Positions 1 through 12,975 of a stretch of 64,000 nt of DNA are shown here, piece by piece (the first letter of the stretch is position 1; the number at the start of each line of letters is the position of its first letter). The stretch lies in the NCBI RefSeq assembly GCF_000181795.1, contig NW_003526947.1:127960-191959 (forward strand), given 5' to 3'. Below the pieces are notes generated by a model. The model worked only from the letters and a program-made list of their open reading frames with translations, had not been told where the DNA came from and did not search any database. The translations under genes and the position numbers were made by a program. The DNA is from Trichinella spiralis. Its lineage: Eukaryota.

Positions 1-1874
1 CCGTTTCTCTGCCCTGCACCCATTCCAATACGGTCTTTCAAATCAAATTCATAAAGAGTATTCAAATCACCCAAGATGTACGAGCTCCACCACCATTTCC
101 ACATTACGGGGATTGCGATGTATCCGTAGGTCCAGCAGATGCAATGCACAAATTCAACCCGGTGCATCTCACTTAACCACTTTGTCTTTTGATTGGCGAC
201 AAGTTCCGCCGAAGAAAGGAATGGATCGGAGATTGAAAGAGGATGTCAGGAGTCCCACAGGAGATAAGCGTAAGCGGACAGTCGTTGATTCGGGCATTAA
301 CTTCGCACAGTACCGTTTAAAGCTCATCAGCGATATAATAATTCAATAATTCCACTAAATGTACGGCGCAGATGCTGCCATCCAGTTCCTGAAGGAATTC
401 CATTTCTGTGGAACTGCACCTACTCCAATACGGTCTTTCTTTAACAGTCTGATAGAGTATCTTTATCATCGAGATGTACTCGCTCCGCCAGTGTTTTCAA
501 ATAATGACGACAGCGTTCCTCTGGTGATCCCACCGACGTATAATTCGTTTCATGCCGGTGCTTCTCACTCTGCCACCTCGTCCATAATTGACGACAAGCT
601 CCGCCGACGAAGGAAATGGACCGGAGATTGCGCGAGGTTGTCATGAGTCCCACAGGAGATATGCGTAAGTGGACAGCAATGATTTCATAACTGAATATAT
701 GAACTGTTCATTGAACGCGAGGCGTCTACATCAGGATGACATGAGCTGTGAGCATGTCAGAATTGTTTTCACGTACTCATTTCTTGTGAACAACTCTCTC
801 GCTTCCTTCTTCGTCGGCTTACGTTCACCGCTATGCGCTGTCCATAAGATGTTGTTAGTCTGAGTAGACGTAGCGCATTTATTGTGGGGAAGCCTCTGAC
901 ACTCCAACGCTTCAACGAGGAGAAGCGGTGATTGGTTGCTGCCAGCAATCTTGACTTAAATTTAGCGTATTAATTAGTATTTATGAGGAATGTAACTTGA
1001 TGAATTATGCTGCTAAATGCTTCACTTGGCGTTGTTGCCTTTCACAGGAAATTTTGAAGTCAATGGACTGCGCTGGCGAGTGAAGAACTCTGCCCAAGTG
1101 GTCAAAGTGTTTTGGGGCCATATTTTCTTGGTTTTTATGCCGCACCATATGACCATGAAATGCCTACTGTCAGGAGTTTTTGAATTTGATGCTGGATTGT
1201 AGCAGAAAGAAGTCAGTTTACATTTGTTTCAAAAATATTTACCGGAATAAGAAACATGGTTCGTAACCGAACAGCAAGACCAGCATTTCATTCAACAGCT
1301 GGGACGGTGCTTCATCATGCAATCATATTTAAGCATTGTTCGCTCTGACAAATGCCAATAATGTTCGCCAGGAATGCCTTTATCCTTAAGTAGTTATATG
1401 TAGCGGGAGGATGACGAACAAAGTCACTGAATTTGCACGCAGTTTTCTGATCCAGTGCTCTGACTATGTACTAATGCACAATCGTATCAGTAAAAATTTG
1501 GCAGATATGCAACTGCGCATCAACTTGCTTGTACCACAGATGACATTGGGAGGTCCAATACGTTGGTAGCTTCATTGAAAGTGCGTTCTCTGTTTGAAAA
1601 TTCGAGAGTTCATTTACGCCATGCGAGGATCCAAAAATATTGTTCACAACAATCGGCTAACTAGTAAAGCGTCTTGCTTGTCTATTTATTCTTAGCATAA
1701 GACTACTGTACATATTAGTCACGGTTTCTGTGATTTTCAGGTTCAATACATCTCTCATGGTATGTAGATCAGTTTGTATAATCCGTTTTGCGGCGTTTAT
1801 AATTGCGAGTAGAAAGTCATTTTGTTGACTCTTCCCAAGATGGTTTAAAGTTTTGCTCTCCTTTGGTCCCACTA
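1..1874 (-). mobile_element. Decayed, internally deleted BEL/Pao LTR retrotransposon internal region (gag zinc-knuckle, protease and integrase C-terminal remnants)
   Basis: Minus-strand translations give Pao integrase-like CEVNARINDCPLTLI (~255-310) and CPLTHIS...SPVHFL (~610-675). DUF5641-like WRSEYISM (~465-495) and WKWWWSSYI (~75-105) follow them. VEALEC lies near 900 and a broken Cys/His knuckle (KCWSCCSVTNH) near 1255-1290. All frames are interrupted by stops or frameshifts. Confidence 0.6.
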
Positions 1875-2065
1875 TGTTCCCCTTCGGGCCCATTGTTCAC
1901 TTATTGGTCGTTGACCACGCTATTTTATTGGACCGTCATGTCTTTGTCGTATTGGTTTTCCTTTTCTAATTGCTCATTGATTCAAATTTTTCCCTTGTGA
2001 TTAGCTGTAATATTTTTTTTCATTTCATTGGTACAAATATTCCTTTTAGGATTAGGAATACCTCT
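1875..2065 (-). repeat. Probable LTR segment of the Pao element (far boundary uncertain)
   Basis: Homology to the inverted copy at 3481-3792 ends at or within a base of the TGTT/AACA terminus at 1875. On the minus strand AACA is followed by tagTGGgacc, in a primer-binding-site position. Confidence 0.45.
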
Positions 2066-2847
2066 ATTAGATAAACCTGACTTCTATATACAATGCAAAT
2101 ATTATTCCAATAATTTGATGATTAAGCTTGACACTACTACAAACCTTATTTTTCTGTATTGTTGTATATCCTGCCACATTTCAATATTCACCACATGAAA
2201 AGGAATACGTGAATCATTCTTCTTTACCAATGCATGTCCCCATGCATCCCCTCTCCTGTAATCCTCAACACCATTTCCATTTTGACTACCACCTAAAAAT
2301 CAGACGTCTCCCGCTTCACTTCGTGATCTTTTACGTCCTGCCAATCTGATATTGACACTTTGTATACGCCATATGACTAATACTATATACAACCTTCTAC
2401 TGCTGATGAAGATAGCTTGAACACAATGTCCATATCATACTTTGAAAGGTTACAGTTCACTTAACTTTAGCGCTATGTATTATAGTATATACCCGTACAT
2501 AGAAATTTGAATTCTACAGACACACTACGACACTATTTAAGCACGTGTTGCCACTAAAATACACTATCACTGCATCGCTATTAACTACGTTCTACTTTAT
2601 ATCACCNNNNNNNNNNGTAATAGACCGAAGAAGAAACAAGGAAGAAGATATGAAGGCTCCTGGTCACCGCTTATTTATATTTGTTTTTTATTTCATTGTA
2701 TTGTATTGTTTAGTTTTTTCCTTTTTCGTTGTTTCCATTTTGTTAATGCCGTTCACTATTGCTTTTTACTGTTGTTGTTATTGCTGTTGGGTAGTGAGAA
2801 ATAAAAATCACTGTTTAACTTGTTTTTTGGATTCTTTTTTCTGAATT

Positions 2848-3480
2848 NNNNNNNNNNNNNNNNNNNNNNNNNNNNNNNNNNNNNNNNNNNNNNNNNNNNN
2901 NNNNNNNNNNNNNNNNNNNNNNNNNNNNNNNNNNNNNNNNNNNNNNNNNNNNNNNNNNNNNNNNNNNNNNNNNNNNNNNNNNNNNNNNNNNNNNNNNNNN
3001 NNNNNNNNNNNNNNNNNNNNNNNNNNNNNNNNNNNNNNNNNNNNNNNNNNNNNNNNNNNNNNNNNNNNNNNNNNNNNNNNNNNNNNNNNNNNNNNNNNNN
3101 NNNNNNNNNNNNNNNNNNNNNNNNNNNNNNNNNNNNNNNNNNNNNNNNNNNNNNNNNNNNNNNNNNNNNNNNNNNNNNNNNNNNNNNNNNNNNNNNNNNN
3201 NNNNNNNNNNNNNNNNNNNNNNNNNNNNNNNNNNNNNNNNNNNNNNNNNNNNNNNNNNNNNNNNNNNNNNNNNNNNNNNNNNNNNNNNNNNNNNNNNNNN
3301 NNNNNNNNNNNNNNNNNNNNNNNNNNNNNNNNNNNNNNNNNNNNNNNNNNNNNNNNNNNNNNNNNNNNNNNNNNNNNNNNNNNNNNNNNNNNNNNNNNNN
3401 NNNNNNNNNNNNNNNNNNNNNNNNNNNNNNNNNNNNNNNNNNNNNNNNNNNNNNNNNNNNNNNNNNNNNNNNNNNNNNNN
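2848..3480. other. Assembly gap (N run); a second 10-N gap lies at 2607-2616
   Basis: Seen directly in the sequence. Confidence 1.
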
Positions 3481-3792
3481 GGGAGAATTTTTTATAATCC
3501 GCGCCCCCAAAAAAAAATTTTTTGGAAAAAAATTTTTCCCCTTTTTTTTTATGTTGACCGCTCACCTTCTTCAAAAGTGGGGGTATATCTCCAATTCCCA
3601 AAAAGGGGATATTTTGGGACCCCCAGAAAAGAGAGGGAAATATTTTCCCGGTTATCCCAAAGGGAGAGAGTTTTGATTCCAATGGCGCAGTTTGAGCCAA
3701 GGGAAAACCCAATTCCGACAAAGGGCCTGGCCGGTCCAATAAAATAGCGTGGTCAACGACCATTAAGTGACCAATGGGACCGAAGGGTAACA
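3481..3792 (+). repeat. Inverted, low-quality copy of the 1875-~2065 LTR-like repeat
   Basis: 3733-3792 is a near-identical reverse complement of 1875-1934. Similarity continues toward the gap with inflated homopolymers, typical of a poor read end. Confidence 0.7.
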
Positions 3793-4768
3793 TCCCTGAT
3801 TTCCAATGGTAGCGGTTCCGCATAGCACTTGTTGTTTTTGGCTGCCTTTTTTTACTGTTAGTGTTTAATAATAAAAAATGAAAATCACTTTTTTACTTCC
3901 TATTACTTCGGTTTGAAAAATAAAAATAAACTCTTCCTAAATCCCCATGACGTGTAAAGTGTATTTGTTGATCAGTTTCCATGAACGAGCAGTTTATGAT
4001 ACTCTTACTGTTTAATTAATATGTTTTCATTTATTCTGTTTTCAGTGTCGGCACTTGTGGATTCTGCATGTTCTATCGGCAATTCAGAAGAGTTAGAAGT
4101 GCGCTTGTCTTATTTCGATATTGTTGCTTGGATTGGTTGTTTAGAAACGCGTATCTGCCTGCTTCAGGTTTGCATTTGCGTTACCGGTATCTTTTTCGCA
4201 TATTTGTGATATGGATAGGAATGCCTCATTTGGTCTATGCTTCAAAGTGCTCTTCACTTTCTCGTTATCCAGATTATGTTCATTTAACATGCTCGTGCAA
4301 CAAACAGTATGTGCTATTGCTTTATGGAGGAATATTGTTTACGAGTTTTCAAATATTTTTCTTTTTTTCCAAAGCTTTTTCAATTTCATGAATTCCACAA
4401 AAGAAATAACACTTTATGTACAAATTTCAGTGCTACAGTGTATGTTGTTGCGTAATGTAACACAAATTTATTACAGGAACAACGATAATTTTCAACTGAT
4501 TTAACCGTAATATGTGAAACAATAAGTTTTGGTATACAAAACAAACTACTAAATGAAAACAAACAAGTTATAAATAGATTACAACTGAAAGTAAAAAACA
4601 ACGTTGTACTATGATGCTATATATATTTTTTTTTCATCAATAAACTTAGTTGGGCTAAAATGAAGATAGAATGATTATTTATGGAAAATGCAATAAATAA
4701 AGAAAAATAAATCAACAAATACAACTGTTCTGAAGTTCAGTAAAAACTAAGAGGTGGCGGAATTTTCC

Positions 4769-7700
4769 TCAAGATGCAGAAGCGTGTATTTGAGCAGTAA
4801 TAACCAGTTCGTTGCTCTTGTTGAACTTTTTCAACGATTTCTCAGATACAACCTCAGCAATTTCAGAATTGCCGCCGATTGCACTTGAGGCAGCCGTTTC
4901 GGCTTCTGATTCAGCTACCGCTTCGTCTTTCTGCGAACGTCTGAAACTGCCAAATCCAGGAGATCCCATCTCCACAGTTGTCGCCTGTTCTGAATCGTCA
5001 CAGTTGGCTGTCATTGTTGAATATCCAGGATCGGAAGATTCAGTTCGAGGACCAGGACGCCATCTGGATCTGGGCCTCGGCATGGAAATCAAATTCTGCC
5101 GTTCAAAAGAAGCCAACAGAAGTCCGCTGTTGCCTTGCGTGGTTCCAGCACCGTTGGCGTGTTGTGCATTGGACGAACCGTCGTCAAAATGGAAATCCTC
5201 TTCGAGATCAACATTCAAGCGTGTCGCTGAACTATCATTGAGTCGATAGCATCGATTTTCCATTATACGATTCACCTGCTGTCGGTACCAGTAGACGCCG
5301 GCAACCAACAAAATGAACACCGCCATTATACCTCCGGCTACTGGACCCACTGGCGTTGACGCGGCAAATTTGCTATTCACAAATTCTGAAATATTAATTT
5401 CAGAAATATTGTTTGAACTTAATCAATGTTATCTTCATTTTACCTTCATCAATGTTGCCTAACGGAGACAAGCCCAGAAAACCTGAAAAGCAAACGTGCA
5501 CCGATGCACAATACGGAGTTGGAAGCTGGTTGACTCGATCCAAATCGTAATAGCACCATTCGCAACCAACCACACCCGCGCAAGAACTAAACAATTCAAA
5601 AACTGTCATTCAAACTACACCTCACAACTCAAACTTTCAACCAAATGTTGCCTCTCAAATTCTTTTTTTAAAAATGTTTTATACTCACGCCTGCGTTTTA
5701 AAATCAGCACAGTTTATCTCTTTGCACTGCAGTAATGGAGTATTGACATCAAAGAACTGCATATCAGGTGAAGCTAATACTGTATCTTGGACAGCAGCAG
5801 GACAAATAGGCAATCTAAAATAATCACTTCATTCAAAATGCAACTAATGAAAGAATACATATTTATATTTATAAATTTAGTTATCGAATTTTCAACTTTA
5901 CAAAATGAAATGAAATTGAATAATAATGATTAATTACTTTTTTACAGAAAAAAAAATAATTTCAAGAAATATATTAATTTCCACTCATTTCTTGGGTCGA
6001 ATACTTACTCGGTCGGTTTCCCATCAATTTTTGGACACTGTAAGGAATCGATTGGACATTCACAAGGGCATTCACATTCTGTAGCTTCGGAACGGTAGCA
6101 GTTCAAACAACGACGATCAGTAACTGAACAAGGGCAAAACGCCGACTGCTTGTGACAAGAGCGATTCACGATTGCCAAAAATACATTTGTTTGGGGAACG
6201 ACAGCAATTTGATACTTCAAACAACCGTCACTATTTTTCATCACATCTAAAAGCAAACAACTGTATCAACTATTCGAACATTTGAAAATAAAATTCCTAC
6301 CTTCAAAACTGGTGTTGAAAATGTACATGCGTTGTACTGTACGATCGCTGAAACGCAGGCAGACCACTTTGCGCACAAATTCAGAATTTTGCAAAATTTC
6401 ACTGGCAATGAATGGTTCCTAAAAATGAGAAACAAAATATTTTCTCTCTTTACAGAAATAAAAAATAATATTTTTTAACAGTATAAAAAGAAGAAGACCA
6501 ACCCTGTGCGTGATGTGAAGACCTTCCTGACGTCGGATGACGTCGCCGAAAGGATGTACATTATTGTGAGCAACAATGTATCCACGATCGTCGAACAGAA
6601 AACAGTTGATACCAATTTCTCGACAAACGGTCAAATGATTATACAACATTTTGAACAAAAATGTCAACGATACATCAAGACCCAGCACCGCAACCACTGG
6701 ATCACCAATATGATGCATCGCTGCAGCTTTGCCTTCATACACAGTATGACTGAGCGAAACTATGTGTCCAAATCCGGACGGATCCACCACTGGTCCGGTG
6801 ATCACCACCTTACTAGGATGTCGTACTGCTCGTTGAAACCTGAAAATATCATCCCAATCCATTGCTACTTATTTTATTATTTTGCATTTTTAAAATTAAA
6901 AGCGAATTATAACCATTCGCGTTGTACTGGATCAAAATGTTGATTCATCAATACTGCCGGATATGATAAAAACACTCCGCTAGGGGTGGCCAAATATCTA
7001 CGCAACACAGAATAAGGATACTGGCCTTCCTTCGCCAGACGTTGCCACTCTGATGCCATTTCTCTCAGTGCACATATTTCTCGACGAATGTTCAACTAAA
7101 CAATACAAAATTGCACCAACTACAGAAAGTATTTAAATTGTAAAACTAGACTAAACAGAACAACAAAAGTACAGTTTACTTCAAACATGAAGCCAATTAA
7201 GTCAACAAAAATAATAATTTAAAATCAAAACAAATAAAACAAAAAATTTTGCTAACCTGCAAACCTGGATTTGTTATGAGCCGAGTGACATCACTGACAA
7301 AAGCCCAAAAACCCTGAGCAGTGCGTTTCGACTCGGTTACCAAAAATCGTTTCATTGGTTCCTTGAAACTTCGAGGCGCCAAATACAAACCAACTCGATC
7401 TACATACCACAAAACAGTCATTCAATCATCATTGAAGCAGTGAAATTAGCAATTATAACAACAACAAAACCGCGTTCTACCTGTCGATGCGAGCATTTTA
7501 CCGTGCAAGCAAAGATCAAAATCTTTGCTCAGATGTAGATCAAGACGATGATAAGCAAGACTACGAGTCAGCACATCTGAAAAAATAGCAATTGGAGCAG
7601 CATTAAAAAAATAAACTTTTTCCTAAACAATTTATACCTGAAAATTCTGGACGATTAGACCGTTCTACGGAAACCCTTTCTTTCGAAGATATCACCAATA

Positions 7701-10700
7701 TATAGGGAGTGCCTTGAACCTAAAAAATTCAATAATGATTCTCTACTCTTTCACTTTTTATATCACCTAACACCAATTACTGTTAGATCCTCTAGATCCC
7801 CCTCTTCATTCGTTTCAGGATAACATAATTTGCATGAAACTAATCCAGTGGCACCCTTTTCACTGTCTGTCAGAACGTCATTCCCCCTTTTCAGACTGTT
7901 TGACTGCAAATAATGCAAATATAATATTGAAAATATATTTATTATTTATTATACTGGTACATGTACATTTACTTTAATTATTTCTACAATGGAATTTTCC
8001 ATTTCAATAGACAAAACCGTTCAGTATAAAATGAATGCCAGGGTACTGCAAAATTCATTCTCCATTGTGAGTCTACAAATCTGAAGACGAAAATCTCCCC
8101 AGTTGAAAACCCCTGAACTAATAATTTATTATTTATCATAGAGTAAAATTAGCAACAGGGAAAAAAAATAATTCAACAATACCATTAAAATATCAAACGA
8201 TTATTCTCTCTAGAATATACTTATTTGTTTGTAACCATTGAATAAGTAATCAATAAAATCGCAAAATGGCATAATTGAAAAATTAAAATAAGATATATAT
8301 ATATATATAGATGTCGCTTTATTAATTTTCAGATATATTAACTTCTCCTATTTAAACAATAATGAACAAATCGACTTTTATGAAGCTAAACAAACAAACG
8401 AACAAAACCCGCCTTATCATTTTATAAAATTTAAAGAAAATATATAAAATAAATTACCGCCTTCCAATAATAAATAATGTCAGTTTCTGTACGATTTCCA
8501 TCCGCTGTCTTAGCTAATTGCAAAATTTGGCCATGATTGCGCGTTTTGAAGCTTTGTTTCCATTCTGAAAATGGAAAATGCTTCTCCACCATCGATATAT
8601 GCATAGAAACGGCACGAATAGTAGGCAATGAGAGAAAATGAGGATGCGCCACAACGAGCCTTGATAAAAGAAAAGCCATTACATAACAAAGAAGAAATCA
8701 CTATTATACAGTACAACGTATTCGACATTTTTTACCCATCTAAGCTAAACAAAAAAGCATAGGAAGTTGTGTCGCCGCTGGAGTAAAACACGATAGGCGC
8801 CACCAATTCGGCCAAATCTGCCTCCACGCCAACAAATCCAACAAAACTGTCATCCACGTAAATTTGTTTGCTAACCAAAAGTACTGCTGAAAATATTGAC
8901 AAAACAAAAAGTTTATAGTTTAATAAATAAATAAAATTTTTCACAACAGCTAATGCACCTCTGCTAGACAAATAACCACTGCCGACAGTTCTGAATTTGA
9001 TTTCGTCAGCCTTAGACATTTCACCTCCACCAAATATGGCCATCAGACTTTTCAATGGAAGGCACTCTTTGTTGGTCATATTGACCCAAATAACCTAATT
9101 TTAACAGTACAAATGCAAGAGTAAGAAAGAAATTAAAAAAAGAAAAAAAACGTTCTAAATACTCACTTTTCCATGTTCAAATACTGCATCCGAATAATTG
9201 AAAGGATTTTTCGAAATTGACGATTCCGAATCGATCGTGTGAAAACTGAAAAGTTTCACACGCGTATCAAAATATCTGTTTCTACTTTTCTGAAGCATGT
9301 CATGATTTTTCAACAATTCAGGCTCCAAACCAGCAGATATGAAAACAATCATCGGCTGTCCTAAAAGCATTATGATAACAAGCTTACAAATGTTCACAAA
9401 AAACAAAATTCAAAAAATATATATATATATTCATCATACGACGAAGTTTGTCAAATTTTCGACCAGCAATAACCTTGTACGCGACCTTCAACGCCATACT
9501 GTGATCTGCTACGCCTTAATGTATTTGATTTAAAAAAACAAAATTTTGAAATATCTGACAGTAATAATGATAACTTACCACAAGAGGGTAGCAGTTCTTC
9601 GACGAAGCGCTCAGCGTCGGCCTTCACCTCTGCCGTCACTGCAGCTGTTACATTTGGACAATGAACAGCGGACGAGATGCTCACTTTATCGCTCACTCCA
9701 AGCAACAAAAGCTAAACCGGCAACCAAATGTGAACAAATAAATGAACATTCGAAGAATCAATTTACGCAAGCCCATTTTACAAAAAACTACTACAGTGTT
9801 AAAACATTGACAAACAAAAAAATATTACTTTCAATAGAAATTACACTTCGTCGTTATGAATAATTATGTACTTTTATATCAAAAAAAAAAATTTTTTTTT
9901 CATCAGTCAAACTGATAAGTCACTGTGCACGAGCATGAAAATTAAATATTCGAAACAGACAAATCACCACTGTCAATTTCAAATAAATTAAACAAAATTC
10001 TATTGAAAACGACATTTCAAGCAATACCTGCTGGCAAATTTACTTGCAAATTACATTACACCGATCCCGAATTAAGCTAGAAAAAAATTAAAAATAATAA
10101 AATTACTTGATACATTTTATAAAAATGCAATATTTTTCAATTTAAAAAGGATAAAGTTCTACATTTTCAATTTAGACAAATTCAATAAATGTCTGCATAA
10201 ACAATTGATCCAAATAATAACATCAAAGAAAAAATGCGATGCACAGGTGAATACTGTAACTCAATATAAAAAATATGCGGAAAAATAAAAATGCAATATT
10301 GCACAAAAATGCACATTTTTAAAAATATTTAAAAATTCTTCAATTCAACAAAAAATAATAATTCGAAACTTTAAAAAATAAACATATAAATACAATTTCA
10401 TGCAAAACAGAGCTGAAAGTGAAGTTTTGAATTAATCGGAAAAAATATTTCATGTTTAAATATTTAAAGTTAAATTTTGAAAGTTACAGAAAGAAATATT
10501 TATGTTACTTCGTCGCCTTCGCCAAGAAGGTTGATCAAAGTCTGCGCTACGCATTTCGCGATCAACAGCTGCTGTTCGGACAAGTTTCGACTGTGATCAA
10601 TTAAAATGACCACCTGTTTCGGATAGCCAAAAATTGAGGACGCAAATATTTCCCTGAAATAAACGAAAGTAAAAAATTCATAATAATTCACAATAAATAT

Positions 10701-11792
10701 TTCCTTTATAAAATTTAAAATAAAAAAAAAAATCAAAATCAAACTGACCGTCGATGTTTTCTTGCCAACATTTCACAGCTAGTGTAGTTGCGTTCGTCAA
10801 TACGATTGGATGGAAATTCTGTTCGCAAGCCATCCGAAGAGATAAAATACTGCCAGAGGATCGTGACATTTCCACGTGTGTTGTGAATAAACGCTAAATA
10901 AATATTGTGTGAAAAACATAAACAAAAAAAGAAATCCAAATTTAGAAATCTATATTAGGAATATCCACTTTCTGACAAATTTTGTCCAGGGTAAAAGGAA
11001 AATGCTGACAATCCACGTGGCACCACATCACAGCTGATTGACGTGTTCACAAAGGCTCCGTGCTCTGGGGAATGACTGAAATAAATAGACTGCTAAATTG
11101 TCACGGACGATGAAAATTTTGAAATTCAAGTTTCAGCAAACTTCAACAACTGAGGATCAATTGAACAGCATTCACGATACTGCCTGAAGGCGTGCATGTC
11201 GTAAGGGGATTTGGAAAACACAGACAACACTTGCGTCTTCAATAAATTTACTGCTGTCACACATTCACTAATCAGTTGAGCAAGAGTATCAGCTAGCTAG
11301 AATCAAAAACAAAAAACAAATAAGTATGATGCTGATGCTTTTTTAAAGAAAATAAAAGCTTCATACCGTAGATGCATCTTCGAACATATTATTATTTTCC
11401 GTCTGATAAACCATAGCATCAAATTTAGACTAGAACAGAACAGAGATCCATTTAAAATGAAAAAAAATAAATTTTTTAATGATCACCTGCAAAAAATATG
11501 CACCCATTTCTTCATTGGCAAAATTACGTAACAATTTGGATACTCTGTCGGCGCTGATAAAAATCGGCAACGCCCCCAAGTCTTGCCTGATTTTCGACGG
11601 GGCACTGCGAAACAATGGAGGTGCGGCAGCTATTTTCGGCAAAACACGAGATACTGTTGCGCTGGCCGTCGAATTCGACCACGTTTGCGTTGTCGTGGTG
11701 TCATTTGGCCAATGCACATCGGCACTGCTGATTTCACCGGCAACAATTGATTGTAACAGCGCCCAAGAAACTACTAAAAAGTCCGTAACCAT
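4769..11792 (-). CDS. CACHD1: VWA and Cache domain-containing protein 1-like (alpha2delta-related type I membrane protein), multi-exon; span includes introns
   Basis: Features in order: signal-peptide-like start MVTDFLVVSWALLQSIVAG; WQYFISSDG motif; VWA start VVILIDHS; Cache motifs (GFVGVEADL, YAFLFSLDG, FDPVQREW, GPVVDPSGFGHIVSLS, CFLFDDRGYIVAH); Cys-rich FCPCSVTDRRCLNC...CECPCECP; a TM helix; cytoplasmic GYSTM. Checked GT-AG junctions stay in frame (e.g. 11487/11429, 11367/11296, 5444/5385). The exact start codon is uncertain. Confidence 0.9.
7780..8115. mobile_element. Truncated hAT-type element remnant in a CACHD1 intron
   Basis: gttgaaaacccctg at 8102-8115 is the reverse complement of a CAGGGGTTTTCAAC hAT-type terminal inverted repeat (TIR), similar to the two MITEs below. 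No partner TIR or TSD was found, so the left limit is approximate. Confidence 0.35.
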
Positions 11793-12613
11793 AATGAACA
11801 ACACATTGCCAACAAAAAGAACCAATTAAAACAATATCGCTGAGGCCAAACGACAATCCACCGTCCACTTCAGCAAAAATGAAAAGATTACGGTACAACT
11901 TAACAATAAGTTAACTTGATTGTTCTTTTAAGTATACTGTACTACTTTCAACAAACATTCGAAATAATTTCAAAATATTTAAGCATTTTGTTTCATAAAG
12001 AAATGAATAAAATTAAATGCAACTCACTTTTTACTAATTTTTTTTATTTTTACATTCTGGAGCACCAGTAAAATAACTCGTAAGAAACAATAAAAAAAAT
12101 TAATTAATCAATGAAATGTTATAGCAAATATTCTTGTCAAAAAAATTCATTTCTAATTTATGCAGATTTATGCAGATATCTGCTTGTACATTTAAACATT
12201 AACAATATTATTTATTATATGGCCGTCTATTTTTATGATTTTCAAATTTAATTCAAATTCCAGTGCTGATTAGAATGAAATTTCTCTTGCTTTCTGATGA
12301 GTTTCATTTTTTCTGCATAAATTTTTTAACTAAAACTGTTTTGAAAAAACTTGCAAACAACTAATGCTTTTAACCTTAAATGTGTGAGCTCGATGTATTT
12401 GCCATAAAAGGAACATAAATCGATGCTCGCATTTAATTTATTCACAAATGGCGCCAATTTTAAAATCAAGAAATGCCATGTCGTGAAATGGAAAAACTTC
12501 ACCAGCCTTTCTGCTTCGCATTTTTTTCTGGTGGCATCGTCCAAGGATTTTGATACAAAATGAAAAAAAAAGACAATTTTAATAAAACTGAACCAAGTGC
12601 TGAAAAAACTACA

Positions 12614-12975
12614 CCCATCCCCACCGTCTATGATCAAGAAGCCTTCACCGCATCCGCTGATTCATCCACCTCAGGCTGGTTCTTGATGTTTCAACGTGTG
12701 AAAGCTACAGTGTACATAAACCGGGCATAACACTTCCCCAGACTTCTTTCACACCGTCATGACCAACAAGTTCCTGATGAATTTCAGAAAACGAAGTCTG
12801 AGGAAGAGTTTCTGCTGCACCGAAGTGCATTCTGCTGTTTGTGTCGGGTAATAAAATTCAGACTGCTGGCAACCAGAGAAACATGAGGCATGGATGATAA
12901 ATTTAAGATCTTACCTGAATGGTATTGACAGCCGTTTACCATCCATGTTTTTGTGGCGGATAAGCTGGTGACTGT
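12614..12975 (+). mobile_element. MULE (Mutator-like) transposase pseudogene fragment
   Basis: Translates to PIPTVYDQEAFTASADSSTSGWFLMFQRVKATVY ... FRLLATRET*GMDDKFKILPEWY*QPFTIHVFVADKLV. This resembles the MULE MDGTFK...QLFTIH motif and carries stops and frameshifts. Confidence 0.75.

Noticed and set aside
2756..3823. Long ORFs spanning the N run
   Set aside because: Artefacts of the assembly gap and low-quality flanking sequence.
4021..4504. Short overlapping hydrophobic ORFs between the gap and the CACHD1 3' end
   Set aside because: No recognisable motif; composition is that of chance ORFs in AT-rich DNA.
4812..5249. Antisense ORFs over coding exons (also 6506-6943, 11479-11829, 27776-28213, 58191-58586)
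   Set aside because: Shadows of real coding exons on the opposite strand.
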